Assembly (NCBI GenBank): GCA_035519675.1
Contig: DATIWB010000130.1
Span: 9,629 to 73,628 of the forward strand
From: Myxococcaceae bacterium
GTDB taxonomy: Bacteria; Myxococcota; Myxococcia; Myxococcales; Myxococcaceae
Reading direction: 5' to 3'
DNA length: 64,000 bases
Within the stretch, counting starts at the first letter, position 1. Each line of letters begins with the position of its first letter. The notes under the pieces were generated by a model. That model worked only from the letters and a program-made list of their open reading frames with translations. It had not been told where the DNA came from and did no database searches. This document shows positions 13,015 through 22,611 of this stretch, piece after piece. The position numbers were made by a program, and so were the translations under genes.

Positions 13015-13353
13015 ATGGGCGCCGACGAGCTGCTGCGGGCGCTGAAGGCGGTGGCCGAGCCCACCCGGCTGCGGATGCTGGAGCTGCTGCTGCAGTGGCA
13101 CGGCCCCCGGACCGGACCGATTCGGTCTGGCGAGCCCGGGCTCTGCCTGTGCGACCTGGAGCTGCTGGTGGGCATGCGGCACGCACTGGTCTCCCACCAC
13201 CTCCGCATCCTCAAGGAGGCGGGGGTGGTCGAGTCCGAGAAGCGAGGCCGGTGGACGGTGTACCGGGCGCGGCCCGAGCCGCTGGCGCAGATCGCCAGCC
13301 GCCTGAGGGGGCTGGCGGCACCACGCGGAGGGCCGGACTCGCGGGCGGCGTGA
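13015..13353 (+). CDS. ArsR/SmtB family transcriptional regulator (variant with inserted loop; CxC retained)
   Basis: LKAVAEPTRLRMLELL ... LCLCDLELLVG ... VSHHLRILKEAGVV ... RGRWTVY. Lies 34 nt downstream of the lipoprotein gene, with GGGGAG upstream as a Shine-Dalgarno sequence. Confidence 0.85.
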   Translation: MGADELLRALKAVAEPTRLRMLELLLQWHGPRTGPIRSGEPGLCLCDLELLVGMRHALVSHHLRILKEAGVVESEKRGRWTVYRARPEPLAQIASRLRGLAAPRGGPDSRAA

Positions 13354-13419
13354 CGTTCCAGTCCCAGGCCGCTCGGCGGGTACAAGCTGTGGTGCCGCCA
13401 CCCGCGGGATACAGGCGCA

Positions 13420-14172
13420 GTGCGACTCCCGGTCGACCTCCACCCTCCGCCCACTCCGAGCTCCCCGCACCTGTCCGGCCCGAGAGGGCTGCGGCTGCTC
13501 TCGGCGCTGGCCCAGGCCGGCGCGAACTGCGAGGGCCGGCAGCGGTTCCGCCTCGAGGCGCTCCGTGCCCTGCGCGCGGCGATTCCCTTCGACTTCGGCT
13601 TCATCGCCACGCCCCCGGCGGGACGTCCCGAGCCGGCATCGCTCGGCGCCACCCCGCCCGTGCTCCGGGTGTTGACCCGGCATGGCCGGGGGGCGTGGAT
13701 CGAGCTGCGCGAGCTCCGGGCCCGGGCCGATGGGGCGGTACTCCAGCTCGCCGGCGCCGGTGCCTCCAGCCCGCTCCTGCGGCTTCTGCAGACCACGCAC
13801 CCGGTCGAGGCGCTGTGCATCGGCTGGCTGAGCGACGAGGCCGCGGCGGTGGTGCTGGCCCGCGAGCTCGAGCCGGCGTTTCACGGCCCGGAGGTGGAGC
13901 TGCTGCGCCTGGCCCTCCCGGTACTCACCCTCGCGGACACCCAGGCCGCGGACCTGGCCGACTCCCTCGGGGCCACCCTCAGCCCCCGGGAGCAGGAGAT
14001 CTTGGGCTACCTCCAGCGGGGCTATAGCAACCGGCAGATCGGCCTGGTGCTCGGAACCTCCCCTCTCACGGTCAGGAACCAGCTTGCGCGGCTCTTCCGC
14101 AAGGTGGGGGTGGCCTCCCGAGCCGAGCTGGTTGGACTCGCCGCCGGCTGCCTCCGGAACCCCGGCCGCTGA
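13420..14172 (+). CDS. LuxR-family transcriptional regulator (uncharacterised N-domain + C-terminal HTH)
   Basis: C-terminal LSPREQEILGYLQRGYSNRQIGLVLGTSPLTVRNQLARLFRKVGVASRAELV. Paralog of 18310..19023. Exact start uncertain (GTG at 13420). Confidence 0.8.
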   Translation: MRLPVDLHPPPTPSSPHLSGPRGLRLLSALAQAGANCEGRQRFRLEALRALRAAIPFDFGFIATPPAGRPEPASLGATPPVLRVLTRHGRGAWIELRELRARADGAVLQLAGAGASSPLLRLLQTTHPVEALCIGWLSDEAAAVVLARELEPAFHGPEVELLRLALPVLTLADTQAADLADSLGATLSPREQEILGYLQRGYSNRQIGLVLGTSPLTVRNQLARLFRKVGVASRAELVGLAAGCLRNPGR

Positions 14173-14295
14173 GTGCTCGCCGTCGCTGATGTGGTGCGGC
14201 GACACCACAGCGGCGGTGGTTCAGCTGCAACCGTGACCCGCTGCCCCTCGCACGTCGACAGTCCCTTCCTCACCCGTCGCGAGGAGGGGCTGCTC

Positions 14296-17200
14296 TTGAA
14301 GCGAGCCGAGCTGGGAACGACAGGAAAGGCACGAGCGTGTGCGCTGCTCTTGACGCTCGTGCCTACCGTGGCGCTGGCGCAGGCCAGCACCTCGGTGCTC
14401 ACCGGAAACGTGATCGACACATCCACCAAGGCCCCCGTGGCAGACGTAGTGGTGACCGCGACCTCTCCCGCCCTGCAGGGCGAGCAGGTGGTGGTGACCG
14501 ACTCCACGGGCCTTTACCGCGTTCCCCAGCTGCCGCCGGGGACGTACACCCTCCGCTTCGAGAAGGAGACCTACCGGCCCTTCTCCCGGACCGGCATCGA
14601 CGTGGCCGCCGACCGGACCCTGCGGCTCAACGTCGAGCTGCTCCCGGAGACCGCGGGGAGCGAGACGGTGACCGTGGTCGGCACCCCGCCCACCATCGAC
14701 ATCGGCTCCAGCGCCACCGGCACCACCATCAACCAGGACTTCGTCCGCAACCTGGCGGTGTCCCGGCCCGGCGGCCTGAGCGGGGCGAACCGCTCGTTCG
14801 ATTCGCTGGCCACCACCGCGCCGCAGGCCAACGGTGACTACTACGGGGTGGGCATCAACGGCGCGACCTCGCCCGAGAACCTGTACCTGATCGACGGCAT
14901 CTCGGTGAACAACCCCGGGTTCGGCACCCTGGGCTCGCCCCTCACCGTGGAGTTCATGGACGAGGTCAACGTGGTCAGCGGCGGGTACATGCCGGAGTAC
15001 GGGCGGACCAGCGGCGGGGCGATCAGCGCGGTCACCAAGTCCGGAGGCAACGAGTTCCACGGCTCGGTGTGGGGCACCTTCACTCCGGGCAGCCTCAGCG
15101 GCGCGCCGGGGGTGGTCCCCGGGGGGACCCCGGTGGTCCAGGGGACGCGGGAGCTGGGCAACTTCGGCGACATCGGGGCGACGATCGGCGGCTACATCCT
15201 CAAGGACAAGCTGTGGTTCTTCGCCGGCCTGCAGTGGTCGGCGCAGCGCTACATCTACGGGCGCAGCTTCAGCCGGCTGATCAACGGCGCGTTCGAGCCC
15301 ATCCCCGACTCGACCCAGCGCCGGAATGGCGACGAGCGGAGCTGGAACTACATCGGCAAGCTCACCTTCCTGATCAGCTCGGATCACCGGGTGAGCCTGA
15401 CGGTCACCGGGACGCCGACCAACGGTGGAAGCGACGGGGGGGTGGCGCTGCGGAACCGCTCCAACAACCGCATCCCCTTCAACGCCAACCTCCTGGCGCT
15501 GGGCACCTACAACGCGGGGTGGACCAAGTCGAGCTTCAACGCCGTGGACGTGGCCGGCGAGCTGAGCAGCTCCTTCCTCGACAAGCGCCTGCTGCTGGAC
15601 GTGAAGCTCGGCGTGCACATCCAGCGCGACTCGTACCTTCCCGGGGACGGCAGCACCCTCGACGACATCGATAACCCGGCAACGCTGGCCGGCGTCCCGG
15701 CGGTGCGTTCGCCGGCGGGCATCCCCACGCCGGTGTACCAGCTGGACACCTCGGTGCCGGCCTCGGTGGTCCGGGCCTGCACCGAGCCCGGCGCGACCTG
15801 CAACGTCGTCCGGTACGGGACCGGCGGCCCGGGCGGGCTGATCGAGTACCTGAACTTCGACAGCTACCAGGGCCGGGCGGTGCTGACCTACCTGGTCAAC
15901 GCGCTGGGGCACCACGTGCTCAAGGCAGGCTTCGACGGGCAGATCAACAAGTACAGCCACGACGAGACGTACACCGGTGGCGTCGTCTACCGCGACGGGA
16001 CCGACATCGGCGGGCCCGCGGGCTCGGTCTACGACTACCGCCGCTTCGGTGCCATCACCGACACCGACACCATCAGCGACGCGCCCCGGCCGTACACCGC
16101 CACCAAGTCGACCATCCTCGGAGGCTTCGTCCAGGACAGCTGGAGCATCATGGACAAGGTCACCCTCAACCTCGGTCTCCGCTACGACGCACTGAACATG
16201 GAGGGGCAGGACGGCAAGACGCGGATCAAGCTCACCGATCAGCTGAGCCCCCGCATCGGCGTGGTGTGGGATCCGACCCAGCAGGGCCGGTCGAAGATCT
16301 TCGCCAACTACGGGCGCTACTACGAGTACGTCCCGCTCGACATCTCCGACCGGGCGCTGAGCAGCTCGCAGGGGACGCTCCAGGGGGTGCACGACTGCAA
16401 TCCCCTCGCGGTGGGGCGGAAGGGGTGCGACGTCAGGACACGGGTGGACAGCACCGCGACCATCACCGGGATCGCCCAGGCCCCCGACCGCAAGTGGGGG
16501 GTCACCGGGCCACCCTACGCCTCGTACGTGGACCCGAACCTCAAGTCGCCGACCAATGACGAGATCGTCGCTGGCGCCGAGTACGAGGTGCTGCCCAACG
16601 CGCGGGCTGGCGTCACCTACACCCACCGGAACCTGGTCCGCACGGTGGAGGACATGTCCAACAACGACGGGCAGACCTACTTCATCGGCAACCCCGGGGA
16701 GGGGATCGCCGACTCCTTCCCCACCGCCAAGCGAACCTACGACGCGGTCACCGTGCTCTTCACCAAGAGCTTCTCCGACCTCTGGCTGGCACAGGTCAGC
16801 TACACCTGGTCCAAGCTGACCGGGAACTACGACGGCCTGTTCAACGCCCAGGGCCTGGCAGCGCTCGGCGCGCCGCAGCTCGATCCCAACATCAACTCCA
16901 CCTTCGACCTGCGGACTCTCCTGCTGAACCAGGACGGTCCGCTGAGCGGGGACATCACCCACAACATCAAGGTCTACTTGGCCAAGGAGTTCGTCATCAA
17001 CCCGGTGTTCAGCGCCACGCTGGGTGGCTCCTTCAACGCCAACTCCGGGGCACCGATCAACGCGCTGGGCGGCCACCCCATCTACGGCGCCGGCCAGGCC
17101 TTCCTCCTCCAGCGGGGCAGCGGTGGGCGACTGCCCTGGGTCACCTCGCTCGACGCCCGGGTGAACCTCAACTACCGGCTGAGCAAGGACAGCGTGATCA

Positions 17201-17547
17201 CCGCCTCGGTGGAAGCGTTCAACGTCTTCAACTCGCAGCGGCCGGTCTCGGTGGACGAGAACTACACCCTGAACACCGTCTCTCCCATCCTCGGCGCCAC
17301 CCAGGGCACGGTGCCTGCGCAGTTCGGAGGGATCTGCAGCGGAACCACCATCGACACCTGCGCACCGGGCAACGGCTCACTGCCCAAGCCGCGGGTGGCG
17401 AACTCGACCACCGGCGCGGCGATCAACGTCTCGCTCCCGGATCGCAACGGTAACCCGATCCCCCGGGTGACCAACCTCACCTGGGGCACACCCACCAACT
17501 ACCAGCCGGTGCGTCAGTTCCGGTTCAGCCTGCGGTTCACGTTCTAG
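14296..17547 (+). CDS. Oar-like TonB-dependent outer-membrane transporter, paralog 2
   Basis: ORF 14173..17547 trimmed to the in-frame TTG at 14296, which follows GAGGAGGGG. The signal peptide ends ALAQAS. Same domain order as paralog 1. C-terminal RFSLRFTF. Confidence 0.9.
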   Translation: MKRAELGTTGKARACALLLTLVPTVALAQASTSVLTGNVIDTSTKAPVADVVVTATSPALQGEQVVVTDSTGLYRVPQLPPGTYTLRFEKETYRPFSRTGIDVAADRTLRLNVELLPETAGSETVTVVGTPPTIDIGSSATGTTINQDFVRNLAVSRPGGLSGANRSFDSLATTAPQANGDYYGVGINGATSPENLYLIDGISVNNPGFGTLGSPLTVEFMDEVNVVSGGYMPEYGRTSGGAISAVTKSGGNEFHGSVWGTFTPGSLSGAPGVVPGGTPVVQGTRELGNFGDIGATIGGYILKDKLWFFAGLQWSAQRYIYGRSFSRLINGAFEPIPDSTQRRNGDERSWNYIGKLTFLISSDHRVSLTVTGTPTNGGSDGGVALRNRSNNRIPFNANLLALGTYNAGWTKSSFNAVDVAGELSSSFLDKRLLLDVKLGVHIQRDSYLPGDGSTLDDIDNPATLAGVPAVRSPAGIPTPVYQLDTSVPASVVRACTEPGATCNVVRYGTGGPGGLIEYLNFDSYQGRAVLTYLVNALGHHVLKAGFDGQINKYSHDETYTGGVVYRDGTDIGGPAGSVYDYRRFGAITDTDTISDAPRPYTATKSTILGGFVQDSWSIMDKVTLNLGLRYDALNMEGQDGKTRIKLTDQLSPRIGVVWDPTQQGRSKIFANYGRYYEYVPLDISDRALSSSQGTLQGVHDCNPLAVGRKGCDVRTRVDSTATITGIAQAPDRKWGVTGPPYASYVDPNLKSPTNDEIVAGAEYEVLPNARAGVTYTHRNLVRTVEDMSNNDGQTYFIGNPGEGIADSFPTAKRTYDAVTVLFTKSFSDLWLAQVSYTWSKLTGNYDGLFNAQGLAALGAPQLDPNINSTFDLRTLLLNQDGPLSGDITHNIKVYLAKEFVINPVFSATLGGSFNANSGAPINALGGHPIYGAGQAFLLQRGSGGRLPWVTSLDARVNLNYRLSKDSVITASVEAFNVFNSQRPVSVDENYTLNTVSPILGATQGTVPAQFGGICSGTTIDTCAPGNGSLPKPRVANSTTGAAINVSLPDRNGNPIPRVTNLTWGTPTNYQPVRQFRFSLRFTF

Positions 17548-17549
17548 CC

Positions 17550-18227
17550 ATGGACACCACCATGAGAACCTCACTGCTCTGCATGCTGCTCCTCGCCACC
17601 GCCTGTGGCTCGCTGGCCCAGCCCGAGTGCCAGATGCTCCCATCTGCGCAGGGCGGGTACGTGCTGCGCTTCACCCGGACCGGATCGGCCAGCGCCGGCT
17701 GCGACACCCGGAACCCCGCGGAGACCAGCGACATCTGGGTCTTCGACACCATCGCCAACAGCCAGGTACGGGTGCACGCCGCACTCACCATGCCCTATGC
17801 CGATCCCACGGTGGACCCGCTTCCGGCGGGGCTGATCGGCGCGGGCGAGTTCACCACCCGGGAGGCCGACGCCGATTCGCTGTGCCACATCGCCAGTCTG
17901 ACCACCATGACCGACGGCACCCTCTCCTACGCCACGCGGAACATGGAGTCGTTGGGGAGCGCGGCGTACCAGAACGCTGAGTTCAAAGCCGAGGTCACCA
18001 TGACCTCCGGAGCGTGCACGGCCGAGTACACGGTGCAGGCGCTCTCGCCGGCGGTTGGCTGCGAGACCGACGCGGACTGCGACCCGTTCAAGCAGCCGTT
18101 CAGCTCGGGCATCTTCAGCACCTTCGACCAGGGCTGCAAGACGGACCCCTGGACGGTGCCGGTGGCCACCGCCTTCGGCAGCTCGGGGGTGTGCTTCTTC
18201 AACCAGCCGTACCCGAGCCTGAAGTAG
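17550..18227 (+). CDS. 8-Cys lipoprotein partner, paralog 2
   Basis: Starts 2 nt after the transporter stop. Lipobox LLLATA-C. Same 8-Cys spacing; C-terminal GVCFFNQPYPSLK. Confidence 0.75.
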   Translation: MDTTMRTSLLCMLLLATACGSLAQPECQMLPSAQGGYVLRFTRTGSASAGCDTRNPAETSDIWVFDTIANSQVRVHAALTMPYADPTVDPLPAGLIGAGEFTTREADADSLCHIASLTTMTDGTLSYATRNMESLGSAAYQNAEFKAEVTMTSGACTAEYTVQALSPAVGCETDADCDPFKQPFSSGIFSTFDQGCKTDPWTVPVATAFGSSGVCFFNQPYPSLK

Positions 18228-18247
18228 CCTGCGGCGAGAGTCTCCCC

Positions 18248-18299
18248 GGGCCCCGTGCCGGAGCCGTCTGGCTCCTTCGCACGGGGCCCTTCTCGTTTT
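18248..18299. terminator. bidirectional intrinsic terminator between the convergent lipoprotein-2 and LuxR-2 genes
   Basis: Nested perfect hairpin GGGCCCCGTGC-C-GGAGCC-GTCT-GGCTCC-TTC-GCACGGGGCCC, followed by the T-rich TTCTCGTTTTC. Confidence 0.75.
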
Positions 18300-18309
18300 C
18301 AGCCGACTG

Positions 18310-19023
18310 CTAGGCGATACGCGCGCGCCGGGTGGCCATGGCCGCCAGCCCCACCAGCTCGGAGCGGCCGCTCACGCCCACCTTGCGGAAGAGACGGCAG
18401 AGCTGGTTGCGCACCGTGAAGTGCGAGGTGCCCAGCGCCGAGGCGATCTCCCGGTTGTTGTAGCCGCGGCTGACGTAGTCGAAGATCTCCTGCTCCCGGG
18501 GGGTGAGCCGGGCCCCGAGCGCCTCTTGCACCTCGCTCGCCCGCCGGTCCCCGAGCCCGATGACCGGAAGGGACAGCCGGACCAGCTCCAGCTCGCGGCG
18601 GGCGAAGGGCTCGCTGGCGCGACCGAGCACCAGGGCGGTCCGACCCTCCTCGAGCGCGGCGAGGCAGAGGTGACGGACTGGACGCTCGGCGCGCAGCAGG
18701 CGTCCGAGCTCCGAGTCCGCGCTCACCAGGCCCGAGGCCTCGACCACTCCGCCCAGCCCCAGCGCGGCGGCACGAATCCCGGCCAGCTCGCTCCAGACGG
18801 TGTCCGCTCTCCGGGCGAGGAGGCGCTCGGCGAGTGGCGGCAGTCCCCAGCTGACCGGCTCGGGTCCGGGGCTGGAGGCGCCGCTCTGGACGAAGGCCAC
18901 CTCGAAGGGAATCGCGCCCTGGAGCAGCGCGAGCGTTCCGGAGCGGAACTCGGCGCGGTCGTGGGCGCGGACGGCAAGTGCGGCGATCTCCGACAGCAGT
19001 TGCGGAGCAGCGTTGATTGACAT
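18310..19023 (-). CDS. LuxR-family transcriptional regulator, paralog 2
   Basis: ORF 18310..19476 trimmed to the Met of MSINAAPQLLSEI (complement of 19021-19023) by alignment with the 13420 protein. C-terminal LTPREQEIFDYVSRGYNNREIASALGTSHFTVRNQLCRLFRKVGVSGRSELV. Confidence 0.8.
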   Translation of the reverse strand: MSINAAPQLLSEIAALAVRAHDRAEFRSGTLALLQGAIPFEVAFVQSGASSPGPEPVSWGLPPLAERLLARRADTVWSELAGIRAAALGLGGVVEASGLVSADSELGRLLRAERPVRHLCLAALEEGRTALVLGRASEPFARRELELVRLSLPVIGLGDRRASEVQEALGARLTPREQEIFDYVSRGYNNREIASALGTSHFTVRNQLCRLFRKVGVSGRSELVGLAAMATRRARIA

Positions 19024-19269
19024 GCGGTCGTCGTTCTCTTGGTACGACCCCCTCGCTGACTGTGACAATGGGCGTTGACCCGAAGTTGCCGTCCTTCGCC
19101 GCACGCCCGCGCCGCCTCGCTGCAGCATCCGGCGAACCGCCGTGGGCCACCCGCGAACCGCCTGGTACGGACGGACCACATCCCCAGTTGGTTCAGGCGC
19201 AATCCAGACCCGGCCACCCCGCGCACCGCATCCTCTGCTGCACCACGCAGTCCGAGGAGGGGTGCCAAC

Positions 19270-22200
19270 TTGGAACGAATCACGCTCCGTCGCCGCGTCG
19301 CGAGCAACGGCCGGGCCCAGCGGCTCCGCGCCCTGCTCGTCACCGGCGCACTCTTCGCCGGTCCTTCGGCGCTCGCCCAGGGAAGCACCTCGGTGCTCAC
19401 CGGAAACGTCGTCGATGCGTCCACCCGCGCCCCGGTGGCGGACGTGGTGGTCACCGCCACCTCTCCCTCGCTGCAAGGCGAGCAGGTGGTGGTCACCGAC
19501 GCCTCCGGCCTCTACCGCGTCCCCCAGCTGCCGCCCGGGACGTACACCCTGCGCTTCGAGAAGGAGACCTACCGGCCCTACAGCCGCACCGGCATCGAGG
19601 TCGCCGCGGACCGGACGCTCCGGCTGAACGTCGAGCTGTTGCCCGAGGTGGCCGGGGTGGAGACGGTGACCGTGGTCGGCGCGCCGCCGGTGGTGGACGT
19701 GGGCTCGAGCACCGTGGGCACCACGGTGAACAGCGACTTCGTGCGCAACCTCGCGGTGTCGCGGCCCAACGGGCTCGGCGGCGCCAACCGCTCCTTCGAC
19801 TCGCTGGCCTCCACCGCCCCCAACGCGGCGAACGACGTGTACGGCGTGTCGATCAGCGGCTCGCAGAGCCCGGAGAATAGCTACCTCATCGACGGCCTGT
19901 CGGTGAACGACCCTGCATACGGGGTCAACGGCTCACCGCTGACGGTGGAGTTCATCGACGAGGTCAACATCATCACCGGCGGCTACATGCCCGAGTACGG
20001 GCGGACACTCGGCGGTGCCCTGAGCGCCACCACCAAGTCCGGCGGCAACGAGTTCCATGGCTCGGTGTTCGGCACCTGGACCCCTGGAGGGCTCACCGGC
20101 GCTCAGGGCCCACTCACCATCGCCGGAGGCACCCCGGCCATCCTCAGCGCCCGAAACCTCGACAACATCTGGGACCTCGGGGCAACACTGGGCGGCTACA
20201 TCATCAAGGACAAGCTGTGGTTCTTCGCCGGCGTTCAGTACGCCACCCAGCGCTACTCCTACACGCGGACGTACCAGAAGGCCCGGGTGGACAGCGCCGG
20301 CGAATTCATCAACGACCCGGCGACCGGCCAGCCGATCTACGACCCCATCCCCGGGGGCGAGAGCCGCCGCTTCGGTTCGGAGAAGACCATCAACTACATC
20401 GGGAAGCTGACCTACCTCATCACCTCGGATCACCGGCTGAGCGTCTCGGTCACCGGAACTCCCACCTCGGGAGGAGGGGACGGCAACTACCCGATCAGGG
20501 TCCCGGGCCTGCTCCAGGCGAGGAATCCCTCCAACCCGGGCCTCTACGGCGGGTCCGGTTTCAACGTCTTCAACCTCAAGACCAAGGACGACTCGCTCAA
20601 CGTCTCCGCCGAGCTCAACAGCAGCTTCCTCGACAAGCGGCTGCTCCTCGACGTGCGCTTCGGCTGGCACCACCAGCTCGACGAGGGGCTTCCGGCCGAC
20701 GGCAGCGAGTTCAACACCGGCCAGGATGGCAAGCTCGCCGGGACTCCCGGCTACATCACCAGCACCGCGGATCTCCAGAACATCGCCGCACTCGAGCCGG
20801 ACGTTCCCGCCGCGGTGAGGCAGGCCTGCTCGGGGCCCTTCGCCAACACCGAGTGCGGCTTCCTCGGCTACGTCGTCGGGGGGCCGGGGTTCATCGAGCG
20901 GTTGAAGCTGGACAGCTACCAGGGCCGGGGGGTCCTCACCCTCCTGGTCAACGGGCTCGGGCACCATGTCATCAAGGGCGGGGTCGACGGGGCGATCTCC
21001 TACTACGAGCACACCAAGGCCTATACCGGGAAGGCGGCCTGGCAGTACCTCCAGGGGAACAGCACCCCGGACGGCCTGCCGGCGATCAACGAGGCCCGCC
21101 GCTATGGCTACCTCACCGGCCCCGATCAGGCGGTCACGCTCGACAGCATCACCGCCAAGAGCAAGTCGACGATCTTCGGGTTCTTCGTCCAGGACAGCTG
21201 GAGCATCCTGGACAAGGTCACGCTGAACGTCGGCATCCGGTACGACACCCTGGCGCTGTCCGGCGAGGACGGCATCACCCGCATCGCTCTGAAGGATCAG
21301 TTCTCACCGCGGATCGGCGTGGTGTGGGACCCGACGCAGCAGGGCCGCTCGAAGATCTACGCCAACTACGGGCGCTACTACGAGAACATCCCCCTGGACA
21401 TCGCCGACCGCGAGCTGAGCATCGAGCCGCAGATCTACGGCTACTCCAACACCGACTGTGACCCGGTGGGCATCGGCGGGCTGGCCCGGTGTGATGCCGC
21501 CAAGCGCCTCACCTCGGGCCTCCGGCCAAACAGGAAATGGCGGCAAGGCTCGGCGGACCAGGTCCCGGTGGATCCCGATCTCAAGTCCGCGTCCACCGAC
21601 GAGGTGGTCGCCGGGGCCGAGTACGAGGTCCTGGCCAATGCGCGGGTGGGACTGAACTACACCTATCGCAACCTGGTCCGGACGGTGGAGGACATGTCCA
21701 ACGACGAGGCCAACACCTACTTCATCGGCAACCCCGGCGAGGGGATCGCCGACACCTTTCCCAAGGCCAAGCGCACCTACCACGCGGTGACGCTCAGCTT
21801 CACCAAGACCTTCTCCGACCTGTGGATGGCGCAGGCCAGCTACACCTGGTCGCGGCTGACCGGAAACTACGACGGCCTCTACCGGCCGGAGGACAACCAG
21901 CTCGACCCCAACCTGAACTCCACCTTCGACCTCAAGTCGCTGCTCCTCAACCAGGACGGGAACCTGGCGGCGGACGCCACCCACAACATCAAGGTGTACC
22001 TGGCGAAGGAGTTCGTGATCGTCCCCACCTTCAGCATCACCGCCGGCGGCTCGTTCACCGCCACCTCGGGCACCCCGATCAACTACCTCGGCGCCCAGGT
22101 CACCTACGGGCCGGGACAGGCCTACATCCTCGAGCGCGGCGCCGGTGGACGGTTGCCGTGGGTCACCAGCTTCGACGCCCGGGTGTCCTTCAACTTCCGC

Positions 22201-22608
22201 TTCTCGAAGGACAGCACGCTCAGCGCCAGCGTCGAAGGGTTCAACATCTTCAACTCGCAGCGGCCGATCACCGTGGACAACAACTACACCTTCGACAACG
22301 TTGGCCCGGTCATCGGGGCACGGAACGGGAGCGTCCCTGCCCCCAACGGGGAGATCGTCCGGATCCTCCCCGGCTACGACCCCGCCCTCACCTTCGACCA
22401 GAACCGCGCGGCCGGGAACGTGGAGAGCATCCAGGCGGCGAACGGCTCGCTGCCGAAGCCCCGGTACGTCCAGGGCGCGGCGGCCCAGGTCGTCCTCCCG
22501 GACCCCTTCCAGAACACCGGGTTCGTGAACACCAACGTCAACTGGGGCAAGCCAACCAACTACCAGCCGGTTCGCAGCTTCCGGTTCAGCCTCCGGTTCA
22601 CCTTCTAG
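19270..22608 (+). CDS. Oar-like TonB-dependent outer-membrane transporter, paralog 3
   Basis: ORF 19075..22608 trimmed to the in-frame TTG at 19270, which follows GAGGAGGGG. The signal peptide ends ALAQGS. By eye, over 80% identical to paralog 1 across the first ~240 mature residues. C-terminal RFSLRFTF. Confidence 0.9.
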   Translation: MERITLRRRVASNGRAQRLRALLVTGALFAGPSALAQGSTSVLTGNVVDASTRAPVADVVVTATSPSLQGEQVVVTDASGLYRVPQLPPGTYTLRFEKETYRPYSRTGIEVAADRTLRLNVELLPEVAGVETVTVVGAPPVVDVGSSTVGTTVNSDFVRNLAVSRPNGLGGANRSFDSLASTAPNAANDVYGVSISGSQSPENSYLIDGLSVNDPAYGVNGSPLTVEFIDEVNIITGGYMPEYGRTLGGALSATTKSGGNEFHGSVFGTWTPGGLTGAQGPLTIAGGTPAILSARNLDNIWDLGATLGGYIIKDKLWFFAGVQYATQRYSYTRTYQKARVDSAGEFINDPATGQPIYDPIPGGESRRFGSEKTINYIGKLTYLITSDHRLSVSVTGTPTSGGGDGNYPIRVPGLLQARNPSNPGLYGGSGFNVFNLKTKDDSLNVSAELNSSFLDKRLLLDVRFGWHHQLDEGLPADGSEFNTGQDGKLAGTPGYITSTADLQNIAALEPDVPAAVRQACSGPFANTECGFLGYVVGGPGFIERLKLDSYQGRGVLTLLVNGLGHHVIKGGVDGAISYYEHTKAYTGKAAWQYLQGNSTPDGLPAINEARRYGYLTGPDQAVTLDSITAKSKSTIFGFFVQDSWSILDKVTLNVGIRYDTLALSGEDGITRIALKDQFSPRIGVVWDPTQQGRSKIYANYGRYYENIPLDIADRELSIEPQIYGYSNTDCDPVGIGGLARCDAAKRLTSGLRPNRKWRQGSADQVPVDPDLKSASTDEVVAGAEYEVLANARVGLNYTYRNLVRTVEDMSNDEANTYFIGNPGEGIADTFPKAKRTYHAVTLSFTKTFSDLWMAQASYTWSRLTGNYDGLYRPEDNQLDPNLNSTFDLKSLLLNQDGNLAADATHNIKVYLAKEFVIVPTFSITAGGSFTATSGTPINYLGAQVTYGPGQAYILERGAGGRLPWVTSFDARVSFNFRFSKDSTLSASVEGFNIFNSQRPITVDNNYTFDNVGPVIGARNGSVPAPNGEIVRILPGYDPALTFDQNRAAGNVESIQAANGSLPKPRYVQGAAAQVVLPDPFQNTGFVNTNVNWGKPTNYQPVRSFRFSLRFTF

Positions 22609-22611
22609 AGG

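Noticed and set aside
14217-14239. Sigma-54 promoter (TGG...GCA) upstream of transporters 2 and 3
   Set aside because: In the TGGTTCAG-NN-GCAA boxes, GG-to-GC spacing is 9 nt instead of the 12 nt required for a -24/-12 promoter. I kept them only as a conserved box of unknown function.
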